A stretch of 64,000 nucleotides of DNA from Vulcanimicrobiota bacterium (GCA_963695225.1 OY968762.1:2528001-2592000); one strand, 5' to 3'. Shown: positions 50,457-58,794, counted from the stretch's first letter. Notes: generated from the sequence alone by a model not told the origin. Numbers and translations: made by a program.

Positions 50457-51374
50457 ATGAGCTACGGAGCGGCGCGGTCGGATGCCGATCGCAACGGAAA
50501 TCAAGGCAAAGGAGCGTACACGGGCGTCGTCGCTGCGTCGATCGCGATTTTTCTGCTCGGCGCGGCGGCTTCGATCGAACTTGCGATCTTCAGGCACGGC
50601 GCGGGCGCGCGGTACGGCTGGCTCGCGACGCTGTTCCTTCTCGGGGGCGCCACGATCGTCGGCTTCGTCGCGATCAACCTGTTCAAACAGACCGGCGAGA
50701 TCGACGCGAAGCTGTGGACGAAGGTGCTGATCGGCGGCCTCATTTATTTCGGCATCGCCTCGCTCGTCGCCGAGCAGCTGTATTCGCAGGGCGTCTTCGC
50801 CTTGGGGGCACCGCGGACGGTGACCGCCCAGCGCCAGATCGATCGTGCGAAGGCGAGCCTCGCGGAGGTCGCGGCGAATCGCGGGCCCTCGGGGTATACC
50901 GAAGACCAGCGGTGGGCGATAGCCGTCGATCAATCGCTCGTCAAGGCCGGCGAGACGGACCTCGCCTATGCGAAGGCCGTCCCCGATAGCGACCAGGTCT
51001 ACCCGCAGTACCTGACCGGCGACGAACCCGGCGGATACCAGGAGCATTTGCGCGGTCTCATCCAGCGGGCCAAGGATATCCGGGCGAAGCAGGGCTACCC
51101 GGTCTCGGAACCGCTCCCCGGCTATCTTCCCGCTCCATCGTTCCTCGAGAGCCGCATCGCGCGGGCGCAATCGCTGGCAGCAGGGGCCGAGGCTCAGGTC
51201 CCGCTGTGCAAGCTCGGAAGAGCTGCCGGGTACCCCAACGTGCGGACGGCCGCCGACGCCAAGGAATGCGAGCAAGATTGGCACGCTCAAAGCCTGAAGC
51301 ATCTGGACAGCGTTGCGCGCGATCAAAAGGAGCTCGACTTCGAACGGGAAGCGATCGCCAAGATCGCGCCGTGA
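50457..51374 (+). CDS. Hypothetical membrane protein
   Basis: GAGG RBS; three N-terminal hydrophobic helices. Confidence 0.65.
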   Translation: MSYGAARSDADRNGNQGKGAYTGVVAASIAIFLLGAAASIELAIFRHGAGARYGWLATLFLLGGATIVGFVAINLFKQTGEIDAKLWTKVLIGGLIYFGIASLVAEQLYSQGVFALGAPRTVTAQRQIDRAKASLAEVAANRGPSGYTEDQRWAIAVDQSLVKAGETDLAYAKAVPDSDQVYPQYLTGDEPGGYQEHLRGLIQRAKDIRAKQGYPVSEPLPGYLPAPSFLESRIARAQSLAAGAEAQVPLCKLGRAAGYPNVRTAADAKECEQDWHAQSLKHLDSVARDQKELDFEREAIAKIAP

Positions 51375-51453
51375 AGTCGCGGAACGATCCGCGACGCGTC
51401 CGTTCAAGGGCTTCGTTGTATTCGGTGTGCGGCGTTTTATTGAGAGGGAGATT

Positions 51454-52062
51454 GTGATCCGCAGGTTCCTGCTCGTCTTATTGATACTCGCGATCTTCGG
51501 CTCAGCCGCTCCGGCTTGGGCGAACGGCGCCGGCGACGTGAAATCCGGAATCGGAGCGCGGGCCGACGGCCGGCTCGACGATGCGATCAAGTTTTTCTCG
51601 CGAGCCATCGGGTCGGGCGAGTTGAAGAACGACGATCTCGCGTTCGCCTACGACATGCGCGGCAACGTGTACGACGACAAGGGCGATTTCGTCAACGCGA
51701 TCGCGGATTACGATCGCGCGATCCACACGAAGCCGGATTTCGCGCAGGCCTACAACGATCGCGGCATCGCGCGCAACGATCAGGGAGAGTACGACCGGGC
51801 CATCCTCGACTACAACCGGGCGATCCAGCTCAAGCCGGATTTCGCGCAGGCGTACAACAATCGCGGCATCGCGTACCACCGCAAGGCGAACGAACCACAG
51901 GCGATCGCCGACTACACGAAGGCGATCCAGCTCAACCCCAAGTATGCTCACGCGTACTACAATCGCGCGATCGCGCTGCATCTGCACGGCCAGGAGAGCC
52001 TCGCCACCAAAGACTTCTACGAGGCGATTCGGCTCGATCCGAAACTCGAGAAGCCGCACTGA
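51454..52062 (+). CDS. Secreted TPR-repeat protein
   Basis: Signal peptide; 34-aa repeats AY.NRG....G....AI.DY..AI.L.P. Confidence 0.92.
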   Translation: MIRRFLLVLLILAIFGSAAPAWANGAGDVKSGIGARADGRLDDAIKFFSRAIGSGELKNDDLAFAYDMRGNVYDDKGDFVNAIADYDRAIHTKPDFAQAYNDRGIARNDQGEYDRAILDYNRAIQLKPDFAQAYNNRGIAYHRKANEPQAIADYTKAIQLNPKYAHAYYNRAIALHLHGQESLATKDFYEAIRLDPKLEKPH

Positions 52063-52070
52063 ATCGTTCG

Positions 52071-53171
52071 ATGGCGAGCCGGGCGCGCGTCCTGATCCTG
52101 TTCTCGACTTGTAGCGAGTCGATGCGCCGGACGTCGTTCGAGGTCGTAGCGGCCGCGACGAAGCGCTACGACGTCCAGATCTTCGCGCCCGATAAGGAAG
52201 CGAAGCTACTGCGAGAGGCGGCCCTTCCGGTCAAGACCTGGAAGCCGACGGGCCTGCTGACGATGCTGTGGGCGATCGACGCGCTGCGCAAGAGCGTCAA
52301 GAGTTACGATCCCGACATGATCCACGCGTTCGGCTTCACGGCGGCGGCCGCCGGCCTCGGCTCGGTTTCGCGGATGATGGCTTCGCGGACGCTCGTGAGC
52401 CTGCACGATCCGATCCCCGTAGGGGGCGCCGAGCTTCCGAAAGCCTTCGTCGAGAAGCGGCTGCCGCTGCTGTTCGAGCGTGCCGGTTCGGTCATCTGCG
52501 CGCGCCCGTCGCTCGCCGCCGAGGTCGAGGAGCAACTCGGAGTGGCGCCCGAAACGATCGACGTGATCCCGCCGTGCGTTCCAACCGGCCCCGCGCTCGC
52601 GATGCGCCCGGCGGGGCGGCCTGGTCCGATCGTCGGCTTCGCGGGCCGCCTCGGGCCGGAGAAGGCGTGGGAAGTCGCCCTGCCCGCGTTCGCCAAGATC
52701 AAAGCGGACCTGCCGGAAGCCCAGCTGTGGATGGCGGGGGAGGGGACGCTCGTGCCCCAGGTGCGCGCCGAAGCGCGCGAGCTCGGGATTTTGGAATCGA
52801 TCAGTTTCTACGGCGATATCGGGCTCGCCGAGCTCTTCGCCGGGATCGACGTGCTGATGGTGCCGCGGGCGCGCGATCCGCACCCGCGCGGGTTCCTCGA
52901 AGCGCTCGTCACGGGTGTCCCGGTCGTTGCGGCGAACCGCGGCGCGCTCGCCGACTTTATCGGGGAGCGTGAGACCGGCTGGCTCGTCTCGCCCGACGCC
53001 GAGGGGTTGGCCGCCGGCGTCCGTGACGCGTGGTCGCATATCGACGAAGCCTGGCGGGGCGCCGCGGCGCAGCGTGAGGCCGCTGCGAAGGAATTCGATC
53101 CTGAGACCGTGATCGAGCGGACGCTCGCGCACTACGAGCGGCTCCTCGCGGCGAGCCCGGTCGGCGCCTAG
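52071..53171 (+). CDS. Glycosyltransferase family 4
   Basis: PD.IHA, VGFAGRL..EK, LEAL..GVPVVA...GA. Confidence 0.85.
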   Translation: MASRARVLILFSTCSESMRRTSFEVVAAATKRYDVQIFAPDKEAKLLREAALPVKTWKPTGLLTMLWAIDALRKSVKSYDPDMIHAFGFTAAAAGLGSVSRMMASRTLVSLHDPIPVGGAELPKAFVEKRLPLLFERAGSVICARPSLAAEVEEQLGVAPETIDVIPPCVPTGPALAMRPAGRPGPIVGFAGRLGPEKAWEVALPAFAKIKADLPEAQLWMAGEGTLVPQVRAEARELGILESISFYGDIGLAELFAGIDVLMVPRARDPHPRGFLEALVTGVPVVAANRGALADFIGERETGWLVSPDAEGLAAGVRDAWSHIDEAWRGAAAQREAAAKEFDPETVIERTLAHYERLLAASPVGA

Positions 53172-53180
53172 GTCCGCGAG

Positions 53181-53226
53181 AACGAGAAGAGCCGGACGCC
53201 CGGGAGAATCCCCGCGCGTCCGGCTC
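53181..53226 (-). terminator. Hairpin terminator between convergent genes
   Basis: GAGCCGGACGC...GCGTCCGGCTC stem followed by TTCTCGTT on the minus strand. Confidence 0.55.
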
Positions 53227-53254
53227 GACGAAGCTGCTCAGGTATCCGAGGTGG

Positions 53255-53374
53255 TTAGAGCGCGTCCTCGGGATCGATCCAGGGCCACGGGATCAAAGCC
53301 AAGATCGGCGATGCGATGATCGTCCCGACGATGATGAGCGTGAAGATGAGCGTTGTCCCGAAAGTGGCTTCCAT
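53255..53374 (-). CDS. 39-aa single-TM peptide
   Basis: AGAGGGGGAG RBS; MEATFGTTLIFTLIIVGTIIASPILALIPWPWIDPEDAL; followed by a terminator. Confidence 0.7.
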   Translation of the reverse strand: MEATFGTTLIFTLIIVGTIIASPILALIPWPWIDPEDAL

Positions 53375-53412
53375 GGATCTCCCCCTCTTTTTCTCCAGGA
53401 TAGCACAGGGGG

Positions 53413-53430
53413 GTGTAGTCGGGGCTACAC
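53413..53430. promoter_or_regulatory. Palindromic operator GTGTAG-N6-CTACAC
   Basis: Perfect 6-bp inverted repeat; related sites at 53474, 54459 and 58924. Confidence 0.65.
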
Positions 53431-53473
53431 TCGCGGGAGGGCGCCCGCCCGCCCCTCGCGAGGGAGGCATTCG

Positions 53474-53516
53474 GGTAGCACAGGCTACACGAGAATCTTG
53501 CGCGCCGTGCTACCCT
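53474..53516 (+). promoter_or_regulatory. Candidate CRP/FNR class II promoter of the small-protein pair
   Basis: GGTAG-N6-CTACA; 22 nt from TAC to TACCCT, with extended -10 TG. Confidence 0.65.
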
Positions 53517-53610
53517 CCCTACAGGAGTTATCTAGAAAACTCCGGCGGTGCCGGCTCGAAGCCCGGTGTGCCGACGGCTCTTGTTCACGATGAATGAAAG
53601 GTTGCGCAGA

Positions 53611-53874
53611 ATGCAGATTAAGACGGCGATCTCGCGTGGTCTCAGTGCGCTGGGGGCAGCAATTTTCGGGTTGTTCGCGTTCCTCCAGGTGCACGGCTAC
53701 GCGCTTGCGACTGAGCTCGATGGTAATAAAGAGACCATCGGCAAGCCCTACTATTACGGTGGATATCCTGGCCCGCCGACGTGGTTCTGGATCCTCGCGT
53801 TCAGCTCCATCCTGGCCGCTTTCGTGGTTTTCGCGGCCGACGCCAGCGTTCGCAACGCCGGCAAGAACCGTTAG
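53611..53874 (+). CDS. Small membrane protein, paralogue 1 (PYYYGGYPGPPxWFWIL motif)
   Basis: Signal-like N-terminus, conserved motif, TM helix; paralogous to the next ORF. Confidence 0.8.
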   Translation: MQIKTAISRGLSALGAAIFGLFAFLQVHGYALATELDGNKETIGKPYYYGGYPGPPTWFWILAFSSILAAFVVFAADASVRNAGKNR

Positions 53875-53914
53875 TTTGTCCCCGTCGATCGCCTGAGTAG
53901 GAGGGTTGCGAAGA

Positions 53915-54193
53915 ATGAGTTCTTTCTCCAAGCGTACGAAGGCGGTCTCGCGTGGCCTCGGTTTGGCGGGGCTCGTCCCCGCGCTGGTCGTGGCCATCCA
54001 ACAGGTGGCGCTGGCGGCGGGTGATACCTCCGTACCGAATCCCTACTACTACGGGGGATATCCTGGGCCGCCGGCATGGTTTTGGATCCTAGTCTTCCCC
54101 GGCTTCCTTGCGGCGCTCGTGTTCCCAATGGCCAGTGGCTGGCTGAGCAAAGCCTACAAGGAAGCAAACGCCAACCTGCGCAACAGGGGCTGA
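53915..54193 (+). CDS. Small membrane protein, paralogue 2 (PYYYGGYPGPPxWFWIL motif)
   Basis: AGGAGG RBS; same architecture and motif as 53611..53874. Confidence 0.8.
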   Translation: MSSFSKRTKAVSRGLGLAGLVPALVVAIQQVALAAGDTSVPNPYYYGGYPGPPAWFWILVFPGFLAALVFPMASGWLSKAYKEANANLRNRG

Positions 54194-54458
54194 CGCTTCG
54201 TCGCACTCGGGAGGTGGCCGTCTCCGGCCGCCTCCCGTAACGCGCCGAACTGCGGCTCCCTTTTGCTCGTCCGCTCGGAGCACTCCGGATAACGGAGTGT
54301 TTCGTGCCTTTCGCCGTCCTTCGCCGATCCTAGCCCCGGGCGCTCCGCCGTGGGGCATTTGCGTTTGTCGCCCAGGCGTTCTTGCGCGTGCCGGCCGTTC
54401 GACGCCCGCCGGCGCCGGCGGGCACCGGCCCTGACCGGCCTCGCGGGGCTTCACCCTT

Positions 54459-54501
54459 GGTAACGCGCGCTACAACGCGGCCGGGACCCGGATGCTACAC
54501 T
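54459..54501 (+). promoter_or_regulatory. Candidate puf operon promoter (CRP/FNR class II geometry)
   Basis: GGTAA-N6-CTACA; 22 nt from TAC to TACACT, with extended -10 TG. Confidence 0.65.
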
Positions 54502-54549
54502 CGCATGGAGCCGCATTGCGGCCAGCCAGCTTGAGAACGGGAGTCAACC

Positions 54550-54732
54550 GTGGCAGCTTTGGAAGATCAGATCGTCTACGAGGAACGCAACGACCTCGTC
54601 CCCGAGGTATATCGGGATTTGTTTAACAACGCGGATTGGATCGTGCACCGCTTCACCGTCTATGGCGTGTGGGTTTACGTCGCAACGTTCCTCGCGTGCC
54701 ACACCAGCCTGTGGTGGGGACGTCCCTGGTAG
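54550..54732 (+). CDS. pufB: Light-harvesting antenna beta polypeptide (Chloroflexi-like)
   Basis: NDLVP..YR.LFNN.DW.VH, TM His in ACH and C-terminal W..RPW. Confidence 0.92.
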   Translation: MAALEDQIVYEERNDLVPEVYRDLFNNADWIVHRFTVYGVWVYVATFLACHTSLWWGRPW

Positions 54733-54823
54733 TCTTTTCGACCCGTTGGTTTTGCGCTTGATCGCGGCGCCGCCGGCTAGTAGCTAGAGCGCCGGTCTCT
54801 TAGTTTTAGAGAGGAAGAGCTTC

Positions 54824-55042
54824 ATGGCCCAGTATGTACGTCGTCCGTACAATCCGTACAATCTCCGCGCCACCATCGGCGCCTCGCTCGTCGGCGCGAC
54901 GTTCGTCGCGTTCGTGATTCACTTCGTTTGCCTGGCATCGCCGCGTCTGAACGTCTGGCAGCCGGTCAATGCAGACGGTTCTGCTCCGACGCAGGCCGAG
55001 CTGCAGCCCGCACCCGTCGCTCCCGCACCCGGCGCGAAGTAG
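54824..55042 (+). CDS. pufA: Light-harvesting antenna alpha polypeptide
   Basis: A..IH..L.S...N.W motif; position between pufB and pufL. Confidence 0.9.
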   Translation: MAQYVRRPYNPYNLRATIGASLVGATFVAFVIHFVCLASPRLNVWQPVNADGSAPTQAELQPAPVAPAPGAK

Positions 55043-55149
55043 TCTTTACTCGTCGTCCGGAGGACGCCAGCGCGCGGGTCGAGTCGTAACGCCAACGCTC
55101 GCCCTCGGTCGATTGCGCCCGAGGGCGGTGCCTAATAGGGATTGGCAAC

Positions 55150-56025
55150 ATGGCAACAGATTTTGAATCCATCGAAACCTACTATCGCAAGCCTGGGAAG
55201 ACGATCCTGGATCGTACGATCTTCGGCGGCGATTTGTTCGACACGTGGGTCGGACGGTTCTACGTCGGGGTATGGGGCTGGATCTCGCTTGCGGGAGTCT
55301 TTGCCGCGTTAGCCGCCGTGTTTCTGTCTGCTCACGGATCGGGCGATTTCCGTTCGTGGCAGTCCGGGGACTACGACCTGCTCAGAGGAGCGGTCAATTC
55401 TCCGCCGCGCCAATACGGGCTCGGCGTAGCGCCGTTTTACGAAGGTGGAGCGTGGCAGCTCACGGTCATCTTCGCGACGGTCGCGTTCGTCGGGTGGGCG
55501 TTACGCGAAGTGGACATTTGCCGGAAGCTCGAGATGGGCTACCACATTCCGGTGATGTTTGCGACGGCCATCTCGGCGTGGCTCTCGGTTCAGCTCGTGC
55601 GGCCGCTCTTGATGGGCTGCTGGTGCGAGGGCATGGATCTCGGGTTCACGGCTCACTTAACGTGGACGTCCAACTACGGGTGGCGGTTCTTCAACTGGTA
55701 CATGAACCCGTGGCATGACTTAGCACTCGCCGGGTTCTTCTTAGGCGCGATGTTCCTCTCGATGCACGGCAGTGCGATCTTGGGGACGTTCAACACCGAC
55801 AAGAATCCGAAAGTCGAAATGTTGCGTGAAGACAATTTCTGGCGCGACTACGTCGGCTACTCGATCGGCGAGTACGGCATCCACCGGTTGCTGTACTACT
55901 GGGGCCTGTTCACGCTGATCAATTGCGACTTGATGGACATCACGGCCGGCCCGTTGGTGAAGGATTACATCGCGATCTGGCAGTGGCATCTCCCGTGGAT
56001 TCACAACGTACCGTGGATGCAGTAG
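55150..56025 (+). CDS. pufL: Type II photosynthetic reaction centre L subunit
   Basis: FD.WVG.FYVG, WALREV.ICRKL.MGYH.P, NP.H, MHGS.IL, GYSIG..GIHRL. Confidence 0.97.
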   Translation: MATDFESIETYYRKPGKTILDRTIFGGDLFDTWVGRFYVGVWGWISLAGVFAALAAVFLSAHGSGDFRSWQSGDYDLLRGAVNSPPRQYGLGVAPFYEGGAWQLTVIFATVAFVGWALREVDICRKLEMGYHIPVMFATAISAWLSVQLVRPLLMGCWCEGMDLGFTAHLTWTSNYGWRFFNWYMNPWHDLALAGFFLGAMFLSMHGSAILGTFNTDKNPKVEMLREDNFWRDYVGYSIGEYGIHRLLYYWGLFTLINCDLMDITAGPLVKDYIAIWQWHLPWIHNVPWMQ

Positions 56026-56042
56026 GCGGGAAGGAATAGCAG

Positions 56043-57080
56043 ATGGCAACATACATCGACCCCTATGGCATCGCGGTAGGTCCTCGCGACCCGCTGCCTC
56101 CCAAGCCGATCGAATACGCGGAGCCCAGCCCCTACGATCATCACGATCCGTTGGGCATCCGGATCGGCAAAGCGTTCCGCATTCCGTTCCTAGCGGACAC
56201 GCTGTTGGTGGATTCCCAGTTTGGGACGGTATGGCTCGGGACGTGGGGCGTCTTCTCGGTCGCGTTCTTCTTCGCCGGGCTGACGATGTGGGCGGGCGCG
56301 TGCCTCGCGCAGGTTCACGGTCATCTCTCGCTGTTCTTCCAGTACTTTGCCAACGTGCAGATCCTGCCGCCCGATCAGGGCCTAGGGTATGCTCCGACGC
56401 TCGAGAGCGGCGGCTGGTGGCAGTGGTGCGTGGGCCTGTTCGCGCTATCGGTGCTGTGCTGGCTGGGTCGTTGCTGGGAGCACTGCAAGCGTCATAACTG
56501 GCGTCCGTGGCTGTTCTTCGGATTCCTGATTCCGATCATGTGGATGGGGGCGGTGTACTTCTTCCATCCGGCGATGATGGGGACGTGGGCCGAGGCACCG
56601 CAGCTGGGCTGGTACGGCGACTTGGACTGGGCGAACAATTTCAGCATCCGTTGGGGCAACTTCTACTACAACCCGTTCCACCAGTGGGCGATCGCGAGCT
56701 TGTTCGGCAGTTCTCTGCTGATCGGCGCGCACGCCGGGACGATCTTGGCGACGGCGGCCGAAGGCAGCCATCACGAAGTGGCCGAGATCAAAGAACTGCA
56801 CTCGGGTTCGTACAAGGCGATGTTGTTCTGGAAGTGGACGATGGGCTTCAATGCGACGCCGAAGTCGATCCACGTCTGGCTGTGGGCGTTCCCGGCCGCT
56901 CTTGGGACCGCGTGTTTCTGCGGGATCATGGCGTGCGGCGTGTTCACGGACAACTGGTATGTCTGGGGTGTCGACCACGGGACGGTCAAGGAATACGGTC
57001 CGATCTCTCGTGACCAGGTTCTTCGCCGGCCGTTGGCGGTGCCGATCGAAGTCGATCAACCCGGGCTTGCGCGCCCGTAA
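56043..57080 (+). CDS. pufM: Type II photosynthetic reaction centre M subunit
   Basis: GGWWQ, LDW.NNFS, YYNPFH, H..TILA, LFW.WTMGFNAT..SIH.W, DNWY.W. Confidence 0.97.
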   Translation: MATYIDPYGIAVGPRDPLPPKPIEYAEPSPYDHHDPLGIRIGKAFRIPFLADTLLVDSQFGTVWLGTWGVFSVAFFFAGLTMWAGACLAQVHGHLSLFFQYFANVQILPPDQGLGYAPTLESGGWWQWCVGLFALSVLCWLGRCWEHCKRHNWRPWLFFGFLIPIMWMGAVYFFHPAMMGTWAEAPQLGWYGDLDWANNFSIRWGNFYYNPFHQWAIASLFGSSLLIGAHAGTILATAAEGSHHEVAEIKELHSGSYKAMLFWKWTMGFNATPKSIHVWLWAFPAALGTACFCGIMACGVFTDNWYVWGVDHGTVKEYGPISRDQVLRRPLAVPIEVDQPGLARP

Positions 57081-57123
57081 GGACCTGTCGTACTAGGCAG
57101 TACTAGCAGTACTAGAGGGTATC

Positions 57124-58245
57124 ATGAGCTTTCGGCGCCTATTGGCTCCATTCATCATCATCGCAGCGCTCGTGTTCGCCGGGCTGTTCCAACCGTTACT
57201 CGAACGAGCGCGTGCGGAGACCGGGCCGGGACCGAACACGACGCGGCCCTACGAAGGGTTTGCCGACCGTCAGGCGACGGCGTTCCAACAGCGTCCGACG
57301 GCGGTGGTCGGTCAAGGTTCTCGGACCTTCGTTCCCAATCAGCAGTACACGACGTCGGTGACGCCGTTCTTGGGCACCCCGTACGGTGGGCCGATTCCTC
57401 CGGACCAGGCCAAGGGGGTCGGGCCGGTGGATCAATCGGCGCCGATGGACTACGCGACGCAGCCGAAGTCGGTCCCGCATGCGTACGTTGGTGGAAAGCT
57501 CTTCAACGTCCAGGTCCTCAAGAAGTATGACTACGCTGGTGTGCTCAACCAGATGAATTACTTCGCGCAATCTCTGGGCGTGCAGTGCCAGTACTGCCAC
57601 AATCTGACGAACTACGCGTACGACACCCCGACGAAGAAGCTGGCTCGCAACATGATTGCGGGGACGATCGCGATCAACTCGACGTGGGTGACTCCGGACA
57701 AGAACGCGGTTCCGACGCAGGCGGTGTCGGGCGCGGTCGGATGCGCGACGTGCCATCGCGGTTCTGCGCGGTTGGACGTTCACTACAACATCGTTCCGGT
57801 GCAGTACGTTCAGTATCGTTACAAGACGACCAAGCAACTCGGTTACGTATACAACGCGATGTACGGCGTGGCGCGGTCGTTGGGCGTGAACTGCCTGTTC
57901 TGCCACAACACCGCCGACTTCGTCACCCTGCGGTACTACCCGACGAACAAGCTGGCGTTGCGGATGTTCTACATGGTGGACGACATCAACCACAAGTACT
58001 TCCCGCCGTCGGTCAAAGCGGTGACGTGCTACACGTGCCACCAGGGCGCGAAGTGGCCGGCAGCGCTGGTGAAGGCCGGCGACGACCAGACCCCGATCGA
58101 AAGCGTGGCCGCGCACCCGACCGCTCACTACAATCCCGGCGATCCGGTGGACATGAACGGCAACGTGAAGCAGCATCAGCCGATCAACGGCTGGAACACC
58201 CTCTACCCCGACCGGTTCTGGGGCTCGATGGGAGTCCCCGAGTAA
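57124..58245 (+). CDS. pufC: Reaction-centre tetraheme cytochrome c subunit
   Basis: Four CxxCH motifs (CQYCH, CATCH, CLFCH, CYTCH), two M.....SLGV.C..CH repeats, NVQVLK; follows pufM. Confidence 0.92.
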   Translation: MSFRRLLAPFIIIAALVFAGLFQPLLERARAETGPGPNTTRPYEGFADRQATAFQQRPTAVVGQGSRTFVPNQQYTTSVTPFLGTPYGGPIPPDQAKGVGPVDQSAPMDYATQPKSVPHAYVGGKLFNVQVLKKYDYAGVLNQMNYFAQSLGVQCQYCHNLTNYAYDTPTKKLARNMIAGTIAINSTWVTPDKNAVPTQAVSGAVGCATCHRGSARLDVHYNIVPVQYVQYRYKTTKQLGYVYNAMYGVARSLGVNCLFCHNTADFVTLRYYPTNKLALRMFYMVDDINHKYFPPSVKAVTCYTCHQGAKWPAALVKAGDDQTPIESVAAHPTAHYNPGDPVDMNGNVKQHQPINGWNTLYPDRFWGSMGVPE

Positions 58246-58275
58246 ATCGCGACTCCGCACATCAACGCAAAGCAG

Positions 58276-58310
58276 AGGACCGGATCCGCAAGGGTCCGGT
58301 CCTTCTCGTT
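58276..58310 (+). terminator. Hairpin terminator after pufC
   Basis: AGGACCGGATCC-GCAA-GGGTCCGGTCCT followed by TCTCGTT. Confidence 0.7.
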
Positions 58311-58324
58311 CAAAGAGAAGCATC

Positions 58325-58450
58325 GTGCCGCGCAATCAGCTCTACATCTACATCGCCATCACCATCGTCGCCGTCATCCTGGGCCTCTTCAGCGGCGCCA
58401 TCAGCGTCTGGCTCCGAGAACTCATCGAACACGGCCACGGCCACTTCTAA
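58325..58450 (+). CDS. 41-aa single-TM peptide (not in the ORF track)
   Basis: GTG start after AAGAGAAG; MPRNQLYIYIAITIVAVILGLFSGAISVWLRELIEHGHGHF; mostly C-ending codons. Confidence 0.65.
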   Translation: MPRNQLYIYIAITIVAVILGLFSGAISVWLRELIEHGHGHF

Positions 58451-58524
58451 GCCCGGCCCGTCACCATGTCACCCAGAGCTTGCGGCGTCTTCACGCTGCG
58501 GTTCTTGGGCTGGTCGCTGGGCCC

Positions 58525-58676
58525 GCGGGTGGTGCGGGGCGACGGTCTCCCGCGGGGACGCCCGCCGTTTCGCATCCATGCGAAACGGCTACTCGTGCAC
58601 TTTCCGGCTCTCGCCCTCCGTGGCTCCGCCGGAAAGCTGCACGCCCCGCGGGAGACCGTCGCCCCGCACCACCCGC
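58525..58676 (+). repeat. Intergenic structured repeat, short form (copy C, 152 nt)
   Basis: Perfect 33-bp terminal inverted repeat of variant sequence; same core as copies A, B and D. Confidence 0.9.
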
Positions 58677-58794
58677 TACGTGGGGGCTACCGCATTTTTC
58701 ACCTCAGCGATCCACGGCCCCGAGTGTCGCTCTGAGCCCGTCGGAGCGGGAGCGGCCGCGGTCTGTTTCGCCTCCGTGCTCATGCCGTGAGGTA

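Noticed and set aside
51730..51875. Near-identical DNA repeats 102 nt apart
   Set aside because: Ordinary TPR unit duplication within a gene
54550..58245. Recent horizontal acquisition of puf inferred from somewhat lower GC
   Set aside because: Not quantifiable by eye, explainable by amino-acid content and expression level, and no mobility genes nearby
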